From Chitinophagaceae bacterium (lineage in GTDB: Bacteria > Bacteroidota > Bacteroidia > Chitinophagales > Chitinophagaceae), in the NCBI GenBank assembly GCA_046596515.1, contig JBKJMI010000118.1, forward strand, positions 59,376 to 123,375: a stretch of 64,000 nucleotides of DNA, in the 5' to 3' direction. The notes under the pieces were generated by a model. The model worked only from the letters and a program-made list of their open reading frames with translations. It made no database searches and was not told the origin of the DNA. The position numbers and the translations under genes were made by a program. Below are positions 19,334 through 28,803 of the stretch, in pieces. The number at the start of each line of letters is the position of its first letter. Positions within the stretch are counted from its first letter, which is position 1.

Positions 19334-20460
19334 AAAGACACTTACATATAGTTTGCCTGGATGTTCCCTGGCCCGCCGATTATGGTGGCGCCATTGATAT
19401 GATGAACCGGATTCGGGAAATGAAAGCTGCCGGCATTCTGATTCACCTTCATTATTTCAGTTATAACGAAAGAGGAACTCCAAAAGAGCTGGATGCTTTT
19501 TGTGAATCTGTTCATGTTTATGAAAGAAAGACAGGAAGAAAGGGCTTGTCTCCTTCCCTGCCATATATTGTCGCATCAAGAATGAACCAGGAATTACTGG
19601 AAAGATTAAATCAGGATCAGCACCCTATTTTGCTGGAAGGAATACATTGTACTGGTTTATTATCCTCGCTTGAAAGGGCGAATAGAAAGATCATTGTCAG
19701 GATACATAATGATGAGGGAATTTATTATAAGGAATTAGCGAGGGCAACTTCTTCCTGGATAAAAAAATTATATTTTCGAAGAGAGAGCAAATTATTACAG
19801 CGTTATACAGCAGAACTACCAAAAGATTGTGTGTACGCTTGTGTTTCTGAGACTGACAGGGAGCGTTTTCATTCTGAATACAAGCTGCCCCAGGTAAAAC
19901 ATATACCTACTTTTCCGGGCTGGCAGCACGTTGAAGGAGTAGAAGGTCTGGGAAACCTTTGTCTTTATCATGGAAATTTATCCGTTGCTGAAAATGAGGA
20001 GGCCGCTATATGGCTTTTAAGAAATGTGTTTAATAAGATCAAGCTGCCTTTTGTAATCGCTGGGAAAAAGCCTTCTGAGAAATTAATAAGATTAGCACAT
20101 ATCTATCAGCATTCCTGTATTGTAGCAGATCCATCGGATAAAGAATTGGATGACCTGATCAGAAAAGCGCATATAAATATTTTACCTTGCTTTAATAAAG
20201 AGACCACCGGTATTCGGCTTAAGCTTTTGCATGCCTTATACGATGGGAGACATTGCGTGGTAAATCCTGAAATGGTAAAAGGAACCGGCCTGGAAGATGC
20301 CTGCCATATAGGATCAACCGGCGATGCCATAGCTTCTATTCTGATGCAATTACATCACCATCCTTTTACAGAGGAAGAATTACGTTTAAGAAGGGAATTA
20401 CTGCTAATTCAATTTGATAATAAGAAAAACAACCAGGCCTTTATTCAATGCTTATGGTAG
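19330..20460 (+). CDS. Glycosyltransferase (GT-B, GT4-like)
   Basis: DVPWPADYGGAID, PYIVASR, YHGNLSVAEN, TGIRLKLLHAL. Confidence 0.85.
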   Translation: MKRHLHIVCLDVPWPADYGGAIDMMNRIREMKAAGILIHLHYFSYNERGTPKELDAFCESVHVYERKTGRKGLSPSLPYIVASRMNQELLERLNQDQHPILLEGIHCTGLLSSLERANRKIIVRIHNDEGIYYKELARATSSWIKKLYFRRESKLLQRYTAELPKDCVYACVSETDRERFHSEYKLPQVKHIPTFPGWQHVEGVEGLGNLCLYHGNLSVAENEEAAIWLLRNVFNKIKLPFVIAGKKPSEKLIRLAHIYQHSCIVADPSDKELDDLIRKAHINILPCFNKETTGIRLKLLHALYDGRHCVVNPEMVKGTGLEDACHIGSTGDAIASILMQLHHHPFTEEELRLRRELLLIQFDNKKNNQAFIQCLW

Positions 20461-21130
20461 CATTATCGATCACTTTGCCATGTTCGGTACGGATCATCCT
20501 TGCCGGGAATTTCTGCACAACAATATAATCATGGGTGGCCATTACTACGGCTGTATTGAAGTCTTTAGCGATATGAAATAACAGATTCATTATCTCGTCG
20601 GAAGTTTCAGGATCAAGATTTCCTGTTGGCTCATCTGCCAGAATCAATTTTGGTGAATTCAAAAGGGCCCTTGCAATATCCACTCTTTGCTGCTCACCTC
20701 CACTTAACTCAAATGGCATTTTAAAGCCCTTGGAACGCAGTCCTACTTTATCCAGCACATCCGCTATTTTCTCATCCATTAATTTCGTGTCTGTCCAACC
20801 AGTGGCCTTCAAAACGAATTTGAGGTTCTCATTTACATTTCGGTCAGTAAGTAATTGAAACTCCTGGAACACTACACCAAGGGTTCTGCGCAGAAATGGT
20901 ACTTTTTTCCAGCCCAGTTCTTTCAGATTAAAGCCAGCCACGGTACCTTCCCCTTCACGCATATCCAGCTCACCATAAAGTGTTTTAAGCAGACTGGATT
21001 TGCCTGTCCCGGTCTTTCCAACCAGGTATACGAATTCCCCTTTGTTAACGTTCAGGTTCACGTCCTGCAGGATAAGGCTGTTGCCCTGATATATATTGAC
21101 GTTCCTAAGTTCAATAATGGGTTCGTTCAT
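20441..21130 (-). CDS. ftsE: FtsE-like ABC ATP-binding protein
   Basis: GKTGTGKS Walker [37 protein letters not shown]; likely start MNEPII at 21130. Confidence 0.8.
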   Translation of the reverse strand: MNEPIIELRNVNIYQGNSLILQDVNLNVNKGEFVYLVGKTGTGKSSLLKTLYGELDMREGEGTVAGFNLKELGWKKVPFLRRTLGVVFQEFQLLTDRNVNENLKFVLKATGWTDTKLMDEKIADVLDKVGLRSKGFKMPFELSGGEQQRVDIARALLNSPKLILADEPTGNLDPETSDEIMNLLFHIAKDFNTAVVMATHDYIVVQKFPARMIRTEHGKVIDNATISIE

Positions 21131-21257
21131 GACCTTTTTCTTTGATGCAAAATAAAGCAAACCATGGCTTTTTGAGCTATTTTTTATTTAAGAGGAAATC
21201 TTAATGAATAACTAGAATAATCCTGGAAGAATTAAAATATTTTATTGAAACTGCATA

Positions 21258-22427
21258 TCAATAAACAAGGGACAAATCAGCTCTTTTGATGATCAACTCT
21301 GTTTTTTCAGCCGCTTCTACACGACCTATCACCTGCGCCTGAACGCCATAACTTTTTGCAATGCCAATCAACGTATCAGCATTTTTTGGGTCCGTATATA
21401 TCTCTAATCTTGTTCCCATATTAAATACCTGGTACATTTCGCGATCGTCTGAACCACTTGCTTTCTGAATCATCTCAAAGATCACCGGCGGAGCAAATAA
21501 ATTATCTTTTATCACTCTCATATTATCCGGAATGTATTTCAGGCACTTGGTCTGCCCTCCCCCGCTGCAATGGATAAGGCCATGCACGGAATCAAAATGT
21601 TCCTTTAAAATATTCTGTACCACAGGTGCGAATGTGCGGGTTGGACTAAGGAGTAATTTCCCGATCTCCATATCATTTCCATCCAGTTTTATTGTATCTG
21701 TCATTTGATGTGGGCCGATATAAACCACATTTTCATCCAAACTGGTATCATAACTTTCATGGAAGCGAGCCCCATACGTTTTGTGCAACATGTCATGCCT
21801 GGCGGAAGTAAGTCCGTTGGAGGCAATACCACTATTATAGGATTTTTCGTACTTCGATTGCCCGAATGAGGCTAATCCAACTATCACATCACCTGCCACA
21901 ATTTTTTCATTGGTGACCAGTTTATTTTTCGGCCAGCGAGCAGTCATTGTGCCATTCACCGCAATGGTGCGTACTACATCGCCTACATCGGCAGTTTCTC
22001 CACCCATAAAGGTGATGTTCACCCCAAATGTTTTCATCTGATCGAAGAATGTCTGGTGTGCATTGATCAGTACTTCGAGCACCTCGCCAGGTATATTTTT
22101 TTTATTTCGATCGATAGTAGAAGAAAAGGCCAGATTATCATAAATGCCAGCGCAAAGCAGATCATCCAGATTCATAACGATGGCATCCTGGGCAATACCT
22201 TCCCATACTGAAATATTTCCTGTTTCCTTCCAGTATAAATAAGCCAGTATACTTTTTGAACCTGCCCCATCGGCATGCATCACATTGACCCAGGCGGAAT
22301 CTTTTCCCAAAACATCTGGATATATCTTACAAAAAGCCTTAGGGAAAAGACCCTTATCAAGTTTTTCCGTAGCGGCATGTACCTCTTCCTTTTGGGCGGA
22401 GACGCCTCTTTGCTGATAAAGACTCAT
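21258..22427 (-). CDS. purM: Phosphoribosylformylglycinamidine cyclo-ligase (AIR synthase), Bacteroidota type
   Basis: YQQRGVSAQKEEVH, MHADGAGSK, MNLDDL, GGETADVGD, SNGLTSARH, HCSGGGQTK, VFNMG. Confidence 0.9.
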   Translation of the reverse strand: MSLYQQRGVSAQKEEVHAATEKLDKGLFPKAFCKIYPDVLGKDSAWVNVMHADGAGSKSILAYLYWKETGNISVWEGIAQDAIVMNLDDLLCAGIYDNLAFSSTIDRNKKNIPGEVLEVLINAHQTFFDQMKTFGVNITFMGGETADVGDVVRTIAVNGTMTARWPKNKLVTNEKIVAGDVIVGLASFGQSKYEKSYNSGIASNGLTSARHDMLHKTYGARFHESYDTSLDENVVYIGPHQMTDTIKLDGNDMEIGKLLLSPTRTFAPVVQNILKEHFDSVHGLIHCSGGGQTKCLKYIPDNMRVIKDNLFAPPVIFEMIQKASGSDDREMYQVFNMGTRLEIYTDPKNADTLIGIAKSYGVQAQVIGRVEAAEKTELIIKRADLSLVY

Positions 22428-22437
22428 AATAGGAAGA

Positions 22438-22498
22438 CAAATCTACCAAATAAGACCTTTACAGATATGAACTGTTTATCAATAATGATTTAGTTTTG
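22438..22498. promoter_or_regulatory. Divergent -7 boxes for purM (TAGATTTG, minus, 22438-22445) and ribF (TAGTTTTG, plus, 22491-22498)
   Basis: Two exact TAnnTTTG matches facing outward in a 79-bp intergenic region. Confidence 0.6.
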
Positions 22499-22506
22499 CC
22501 AACTTT

Positions 22507-23433
22507 ATGAAGGTTCACAATAATATAGATCAGTTGCCCGCCTTCCGTAAGGCGGTAATCACTATAGGTACTTTTGACGGTGTACACCGTGGCCATCGGG
22601 AAGTGCTAGCCAAACTTAAAGAAGAGGCTATCCGTATTGGTGGGGAAACCGTATTAATTACTTTTCACCCTCACCCCCGCAAAGTAGTCTCATCGGCTAT
22701 ACTTGGTATAAGGCTTATCAATACCATGGATGAACGGATCGAGCTCCTCACCGAAATAGGTGTCGACCATCTGGTGATCGTGCCTTTCACTGAAGCATTT
22801 GCCAACCAGCCGGCAGAAGATTATATAAAATTCTTTCTGATCGACAAATTTCATCCTCATACTATCATCATTGGATATGATCATCGTTTTGGCCGCGATC
22901 GCCTGGGAGACTTCCGGTTGCTTGAAAAATATTCCGGCACCTACAATTATGCATTGAAGGAAATTCCTAAACACCTGCAGGAAAATATATCAATCAGTTC
23001 TACTAAAATCAGGGAGGCAATTCTTCATAGTGATTTTGAAACTGCAAATAAATTACTGGGTTACGAATTCTTTTTTACAGGTGTAGTTGTACACGGTGAT
23101 AAACTGGGAAGAAAACTTGGCTATCCAACAGCAAACCTAAAAACAAGGGATGAAGAAAAGATAATACCCGGTAATGGCATTTACGCTGTTTATGCGAGAA
23201 CCGCAGACGGTCTTCCAAGAAAGGGTATGATGAGCATTGGATTCCGGCCTACAGTAGATGGTAAGAAAAGAGTAGTTGAAGTAAATCTTTTTGAATTCGA
23301 TGAAGAGATCTATGACCAGGAACTAAAGGTGATCGTAAAAAAATATCTGCGAGAAGAGATCAAGTTCAATGGACTGGACGAGCTCGTCGCGCAGATGGGA
23401 AAAGACCGGATCGCCAGCCTATTGTTACTTTAA
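22507..23433 (+). CDS. ribF: Bifunctional riboflavin kinase / FAD synthetase
   Basis: IGTFDGVHRGH, GYDHRFG, ISSTKIR, GRKLGYPTAN, GFRPTV, EVNLF, LREEIKF. Confidence 0.96.
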   Translation: MKVHNNIDQLPAFRKAVITIGTFDGVHRGHREVLAKLKEEAIRIGGETVLITFHPHPRKVVSSAILGIRLINTMDERIELLTEIGVDHLVIVPFTEAFANQPAEDYIKFFLIDKFHPHTIIIGYDHRFGRDRLGDFRLLEKYSGTYNYALKEIPKHLQENISISSTKIREAILHSDFETANKLLGYEFFFTGVVVHGDKLGRKLGYPTANLKTRDEEKIIPGNGIYAVYARTADGLPRKGMMSIGFRPTVDGKKRVVEVNLFEFDEEIYDQELKVIVKKYLREEIKFNGLDELVAQMGKDRIASLLLL

Positions 23434-24191
23434 TATTTTATTTTAAATGCGATATCGTCGGGCTTGTCATACAAAGTGTTAAGCTCAATCTTTATAGTTG
23501 CCTTCTTCTTATCTTCTGAGAGCACCACACTCTTTCCTTCCACTGAAGTAGCAGCTCTGGGCAAATTGATCACATAAGTATGCGCAATAGTCATTCCCAT
23601 TCCTGCCAGTTCTTTTAAACCTGTCAGAAACTCATCTGAACTCAGGGTGCTGATCTTATCCTTATTGACCTTTCCTTTAATGTCTCCGTCATTAAAACTA
23701 ACATCCAGGTAAGAAGCGATCGTGCTGGATTCAGGTATCTTTTCCCCTCCTCCAATATCTCCAGCACCTTGCGTTACAAGGTCCTTCACCCTTTTTCCAA
23801 GTACTTTATCAGTCAGGGTATTTAGCTGGGAGATCTGGCCAAGATTGGTAAATGAAAAACTCATTTTGGTCATGAATTTTTCTGCTTCCGCATCCAGTTT
23901 TATATGCATAGATCCGGTACGCAATAAATTTTTATCTGCTTCTGATAAGCCAGCGATACTGTCAACGATCGTTGCCATCGAAAAACTGGAATCCATTTTT
24001 TGACCCTTGAGTTTATCCATGGCTTCATTATCACCACCCATATTTTTAAGAAGCCCCATAAGCGCGCTCATATCATTTGTGTTGGTAATGGAACCGGATC
24101 CGTCAGCATTTACTGTAACCTCCTCTGTGGTTTCAAGGCAGCCTGTTAATAGGAGCGCCGCAAACCCCAGCAGAAAGAATAATTTTTTCAT
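23430..24191 (-). CDS. Hypothetical lipoprotein
   Basis: Lipobox LLTG-C then LETTEEVTVNADGSG. Confidence 0.8.
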   Translation of the reverse strand: MKKLFFLLGFAALLLTGCLETTEEVTVNADGSGSITNTNDMSALMGLLKNMGGDNEAMDKLKGQKMDSSFSMATIVDSIAGLSEADKNLLRTGSMHIKLDAEAEKFMTKMSFSFTNLGQISQLNTLTDKVLGKRVKDLVTQGAGDIGGGEKIPESSTIASYLDVSFNDGDIKGKVNKDKISTLSSDEFLTGLKELAGMGMTIAHTYVINLPRAATSVEGKSVVLSEDKKKATIKIELNTLYDKPDDIAFKIKY

Positions 24192-24277
24192 AATTCAGGT
24201 TTATTGTTTGTTTTTGATGATGATCCCTTCAAAATCGTTGCAGGAACCCCGCAAAGAAAGCCATTTTATAGAACAGA

Positions 24278-25279
24278 TTAACTAAGAATTTTGACCAGCA
24301 ACTCTTTCATTAATGAACCACTGGAAGTGGCGCCAGTTGACCCAATTCCAATACTTTTCAGGTTGTATTGATGCAATAGCAGCAACACTTTTTCTACTCC
24401 ATCATAATTGAAAAGATTGGCCGTTCGTACATAATCTTTTACGAAAAAAAATGGAACTCCCATTATTTCGGATAATGTTTTTTCATCTCTTGAGGGGGAA
24501 CCAAAGACCATATATACTTTACTGAAATAACTGTAAAGAGCAGGTAGTACCATTTGAATAGGACCTGCTTTAGGATTACTTTCAAAATACTGAACGATTC
24601 GCAGGCTTTTCGCCAGATCCTTATTAGCAATGGCCAGTTGAAGTTCAAAAGCATTGAATTCTTTGCTTACTCCAATATATTGTTCAATATCATCTTCGTT
24701 AATAACAGTTCGCTTACCCAGGTTCACTCTCAATTTTTCTATCTCATTTTCGATCCTGGAAAGATCATTGCCAATATGATCCACCAATAAAGCAAGTCCC
24801 CGCGGGTTTATGGTAAGACCTTTCCCTTTGATCAATATAGATGTCCATTCAGGAAGTTCACGCTCACTGATCTTTTTTATGGTAATAAGTTCGCCTTTCT
24901 CCTTAATATACTTTGCCATCTTCTTACGGGCATCCAGTTTTTTTTCTTTGTAGGAGACGACGAATACGGTAGAGCCAAGTGGATTTTCAAAATAAGGCTC
25001 CAGCTTATCAATATCACGCATTTGCTGGGCTTCTTTTAATATCACTACTTGTTTCTCTGCGAACATGGGATACCGACGACAGGCATTCAGTATATCCGCC
25101 CAGTTCGCATCTTTTCCATAAAATATAGTAAGATTGAAAGATGCTTCGGATGCTGGCAATATTTTTTGTTCAGCATAAGAGACAACCTTATCTATAAAGT
25201 AGTCCTCTTCGCCTTCCAACCAATAGACTGGTTTGAAAGAACCCTTTTTCCAATCATTAATTATCTTATCCACCGACAT
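24278..25279 (-). CDS. holA: DNA polymerase III delta subunit
   Basis: PVYWLEGEEDYFID, FNLTIFYGKD, YPMFAEKQVV, GNDLSRIENEIEKL, EFNAFEL. Confidence 0.93.
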   Translation of the reverse strand: MSVDKIINDWKKGSFKPVYWLEGEEDYFIDKVVSYAEQKILPASEASFNLTIFYGKDANWADILNACRRYPMFAEKQVVILKEAQQMRDIDKLEPYFENPLGSTVFVVSYKEKKLDARKKMAKYIKEKGELITIKKISERELPEWTSILIKGKGLTINPRGLALLVDHIGNDLSRIENEIEKLRVNLGKRTVINEDDIEQYIGVSKEFNAFELQLAIANKDLAKSLRIVQYFESNPKAGPIQMVLPALYSYFSKVYMVFGSPSRDEKTLSEIMGVPFFFVKDYVRTANLFNYDGVEKVLLLLHQYNLKSIGIGSTGATSSGSLMKELLVKILS

Positions 25280-25354
25280 AATATGCTAAGTTACAAGCTT
25301 TGGTAATTAAATAATTCAGGTTATGAATGCATTGTAAAACTACTATGGGAATAT

Positions 25355-25369
25355 TGGCACGGTTTTCGA
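25355..25369 (+). promoter_or_regulatory. Candidate sigma-54 (-24/-12) promoter
   Basis: TGGCACGGTTTTCGA: perfect -24 TGGCAC, degenerate -12. Confidence 0.35.
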
Positions 25370-25484
25370 AATTGTGCTGACGGAAACGATATTTAACAGC
25401 ATTTATAAGTTTCTCTAAATTTTGGAAGGTTACCTTACATCGTTTACCGAATAAATAAATGTGAACAAATAAAATCACTATTTT

Positions 25485-26471
25485 ATGGCTAACACTAATT
25501 ATCCCTCAGCAACTTCAACAACGGAAGTTCGCACAGAAAAAAGCAACAGGACAAGCAAAAACATCATTATTGGAATTCTTGCAGCTGGCCTGCTGGGTAC
25601 CTGGGGCTATCTTCTCTATGATAAGAACAAGTCTGGTGAAAAGATCGCTAGTCAAACTGTTCAAATCTCCAGTCTCGATTCTTCCAAGACTGAGATTCAG
25701 CGCGAATTTGACAACGCACTGGCAAGACTTGACTCTGTAACCGGAGCAAACAACAATCTCCAGGGCCAGTTAACTGATCGTCAGAAGGACATCGATACTC
25801 GTAAAGCAGAGATTCGCCGTATTCTGAACGATAAGAATGCAACGACTGCACAACTTACAAAGGCACGTGGCATGATCACGGATCTTAATTCAAAGATAAC
25901 TAGCCTGGAAGCGGATGTAGCAAGGCTGACTGGTGAAAATCAGCAACTGACAGTTACCAATACCTCTTTAACACAAGAAAAATCAGTACTTCAGCAAAAT
26001 CTGGCCACTACCAATTCTGAAAAAGAAGAACTTTCAAAAACAGTTGACGTAGCTTCTACATTCACCGCATCAAACATTCAGGTTACACCTGTAAATGAAA
26101 AGAAAAGCGGCAAGGAAAAAACAACAACTACCGCAAAACGTGTTGACAAACTGGTTGTTTCTTTTGATGTAGAGAACAGGATCGCAAAATCAGGAGCGGC
26201 AGATATGTACATTATTGTTACAGATCCTACTGGTAAAGTGATCACAGATGCAAGTCTTGGTTCTGGTACCCTGAACACTCGTAATGATGGTGACAAACCC
26301 TTCACCAGCAAAGTAGCGGTTGATTATGTACAGGGACAACGCAAAACACTTTCATTCCCTATCCGTAATGCTGATTTCAGCACCGGTGATTATAAAATTG
26401 AGATATATCACAATGGCTTCAAGATCGGAGAAGCTGTGAGAAATCTGAAAAAAGGTGGTTTATTCGGTTAA
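25485..26471 (+). CDS. Single-TM coiled-coil protein with beta-rich C-terminal domain (paralog A)
   Basis: TM IIIGILAAGLLGTWGYLLY, long heptad region, C domain KLVVSFDV...YHNGFKIG, ends KKGGLFG. Confidence 0.85.
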   Translation: MANTNYPSATSTTEVRTEKSNRTSKNIIIGILAAGLLGTWGYLLYDKNKSGEKIASQTVQISSLDSSKTEIQREFDNALARLDSVTGANNNLQGQLTDRQKDIDTRKAEIRRILNDKNATTAQLTKARGMITDLNSKITSLEADVARLTGENQQLTVTNTSLTQEKSVLQQNLATTNSEKEELSKTVDVASTFTASNIQVTPVNEKKSGKEKTTTTAKRVDKLVVSFDVENRIAKSGAADMYIIVTDPTGKVITDASLGSGTLNTRNDGDKPFTSKVAVDYVQGQRKTLSFPIRNADFSTGDYKIEIYHNGFKIGEAVRNLKKGGLFG

Positions 26472-26489
26472 GAGCAGTTAACTCCTGCT

Positions 26490-26519
26490 AAGCCGCTTCA
26501 AATTTGAAGCGGCTTTTTT
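26490..26519 (+). terminator. Intrinsic terminator after paralog A
   Basis: Perfect palindrome AAGCCGCTTCAAATTTGAAGCGGCTT followed by a T run. Confidence 0.85.
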
Positions 26520-26595
26520 ATTGCCAGTTAGCCACAAGTTTTGCACAAAGGTGAATAGCTGCTATCCCACCCAAGGACAGCCCCTTTTTATAGTT

Positions 26596-26603
26596 TAAAT
26601 TTG
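26596..26603 (+). promoter_or_regulatory. -7 box TAAATTTG for the exported Ppx-like gene
   Basis: Exact TAnnTTTG, 19 nt before ATG 26623. Confidence 0.6.
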
Positions 26604-26622
26604 AGAGCAAATCAGAAGAAAA

Positions 26623-27762
26623 ATGAAAAATCTTATCAGACTGAATCTGCTTTTCGTTATCCTGTTCGTTTTTTCGAATGGAGGTCTGGGGCAGAATCGT
26701 CTTCACCCTGTGCTGAACGGAACAATTTATACTGGTATTGAGGTGGGCTCAAAAGGAGTGAAGATGAGTGTGATCGAAATTGGAAAAGATGCCCAAAGTA
26801 CAGGAGCCTTTACCATTTTGAAAGACACTTCTGTAAATACTGATTTTATCTCCTTTACCGCTCCTACATTTTCTGCTACATTAAAAGGCTTGATGGATCT
26901 GTATCAAATGGCGCTCAATGATATTAAAGTGCCTTCTAAAAGAATTTTCACAGTGATCAGCAGCGGTGTAAAAAAACAAGCCGAAAAAGAGAATAAACAG
27001 CAATGGATAGATAATCTTATTGATTCATTTCGCATACTTTCTAATGAGCCCAACAGAAAAGTTGAGGTGGTGGATGTAGTGAAAGAGGCCCGTCTCTCCC
27101 ACCTGGGTATTGTGCCCGCTTCAAGAAGATTCAATACTTTTTTACTTGATATTGGCAGTGGAAATACAAAAGGAGGTTATTTCCCCTATGACAATACAGA
27201 TGATTTCAGGCTTTTCCAATTGAACTGGGGAACCAAGAGCACCGCCAATGCCACTGAAAAAAAATTAGATGGTGATAATAGTCTGGAAAATTTTCAGCGA
27301 CAATTGAACAGGATAATGTCCAATCTGGAGAATTCTGAATTGAACTATGCCATAAATAGCAGCGGTGCCTATCCTCTTAGCGATAATATTGCCTTTAGCG
27401 GGGGAATAGCCTGGGCGGTCGCCACAATGATTCGCCCGGAAATGCTGGACAATCCAGTGGTCACAGTTACCTATGATGATGTTGTTAAGTTTTCTGAAAC
27501 GCTTTCTGATAATTTCAAAAAGCTTTCACCAGCTTATCTTTCTTCACTGGTACCGGATGGTTCAGATAAAAAAGATGTTTTAACGGAAGTCACAAGGGTT
27601 CAAAAAGTCTTTGATCAGCGTTCCCTTATCGCCGGCACTTCACTTCTGCTACATATCATGCGGCAATTCGTTACACTTTATTCAAGCAAGAATTTTTACC
27701 TGATAAAAAATGGCCAGGTAGGTTGGATATCTGCATATGTAGATCAATCTGTATCCAAATAG
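26623..27762 (+). CDS. Exported Ppx/GppA/NTPDase-like (ASKHA-fold) protein
   Basis: Signal-like N terminus; GIEVGSKGVK, ISSGVK, KEARLSHLG, LLDIGSGNTKGG, FSGGIAW motifs. Confidence 0.75.
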   Translation: MKNLIRLNLLFVILFVFSNGGLGQNRLHPVLNGTIYTGIEVGSKGVKMSVIEIGKDAQSTGAFTILKDTSVNTDFISFTAPTFSATLKGLMDLYQMALNDIKVPSKRIFTVISSGVKKQAEKENKQQWIDNLIDSFRILSNEPNRKVEVVDVVKEARLSHLGIVPASRRFNTFLLDIGSGNTKGGYFPYDNTDDFRLFQLNWGTKSTANATEKKLDGDNSLENFQRQLNRIMSNLENSELNYAINSSGAYPLSDNIAFSGGIAWAVATMIRPEMLDNPVVTVTYDDVVKFSETLSDNFKKLSPAYLSSLVPDGSDKKDVLTEVTRVQKVFDQRSLIAGTSLLLHIMRQFVTLYSSKNFYLIKNGQVGWISAYVDQSVSK

Positions 27763-27785
27763 ATAATAAATAGTTCCTATCCCGC

Positions 27786-28730
27786 ATGCCTGTAAAAGAT
27801 ACTAAATCTGTCTTGTTAGTTATGTTGTCCTGCGGGTTGGTAGGCACCTGGGGCTATTATATTTATGATAAGGCCCATATGCCATTAGTAAACGCAGTAT
27901 TACCTCCTCCTTCCGGCAAGGTTGATTCATTGGCTATTTCAAGAGGTGTTGCAGATTCACTCAACAAGATCTATCAGGATGCTCTTAGATCTCTCGGAAC
28001 TGAATTAGATTCCACAAATAATGAAAAGGGATTATTAAGTTCTCAACTGCAGGCAAGGATGGCTGAGATCTACAAGCTAAGACTGGAGATCAATCTTATT
28101 CTGAAAAAGGAAAATATAAAAAAAGAAGATATTGATCTGGCCCGCCAGAAGACAATCGAATTACAAATGCTGGTGTCGGATCTTCAAAACCGGAATAATT
28201 CCGTTGAGGAAGAAAAGGTTCAGATTGCCGGATTTTTAGACAAAGTGAATCTACAGGTAAAGGATCTTGAAACCAGTAATCAGGCTTTATTTCAGGAGAA
28301 CAAAGTGATGACAGAAAAAATATCACAAGCAAATACTTTTATTGCCACCGATATTCATTTATCTCCTGTAACAGTGAAATCTGATAAGGAAATTGAAACT
28401 AACCAGGCAAATAAAGCTTCCAAACTGGTCATCAGTTTTGATGTTACTAATAATATTTTCGATTCCGGTAACGCCGAGGTCTATGTGGTGATCACCCGTC
28501 CCGATGGCCGGCTTCTAACCGATGATGTCTGGGAGTCTTCCGCTATGCTTGACACCAGGAAATCAGGTAAGATCCGTTATACTCGTAAGATCAAATTTGA
28601 TTATGAGAAAGGCGAAACCAAAGAGATCAGCTTCTCACTGAACGCCGATTCTTATGATAAGGGAACTTATCTTCTGCAGCTTTATCATAATGGATTTCTT
28701 ATTGGCCAGGCTCGCAAAACGCTTGGATGA
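27786..28730 (+). CDS. Single-TM coiled-coil protein with beta-rich C-terminal domain (paralog B)
   Basis: GLVGTWGYYIYDK, heptads, KLVISFDV...YHNGFLIG; aligns by eye to 25485..26471. Confidence 0.85.
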   Translation: MPVKDTKSVLLVMLSCGLVGTWGYYIYDKAHMPLVNAVLPPPSGKVDSLAISRGVADSLNKIYQDALRSLGTELDSTNNEKGLLSSQLQARMAEIYKLRLEINLILKKENIKKEDIDLARQKTIELQMLVSDLQNRNNSVEEEKVQIAGFLDKVNLQVKDLETSNQALFQENKVMTEKISQANTFIATDIHLSPVTVKSDKEIETNQANKASKLVISFDVTNNIFDSGNAEVYVVITRPDGRLLTDDVWESSAMLDTRKSGKIRYTRKIKFDYEKGETKEISFSLNADSYDKGTYLLQLYHNGFLIGQARKTLG

Positions 28731-28757
28731 TCCCTCTGTTTTATTTTGATATGACAT

Positions 28758-28790
28758 AAAAAAAGCCTCCCGAAGGAGGCTTATATTTTT
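28758..28790. terminator. Bidirectional terminator between paralog B and the TonB-dependent receptor
   Basis: A run, AAGCCTCC-CGAA-GGAGGCTT, T-rich tail. Confidence 0.85.
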
Positions 28791-28803
28791 TAAGGCGATA
28801 AGC

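Noticed and set aside
14344-20460. tRNA-His as an integration site for the receptor and glycosylation genes
   Set aside because: No integrase, no duplicated tRNA 3' end found, no obvious composition shift; the tRNA is followed directly by its terminator
20441-21130. ftsE without ftsX as a sign of gene loss
   Set aside because: Unlinked ftsE-like and ftsX genes are, to my knowledge, usual in Bacteroidota; absence cannot be judged from one window
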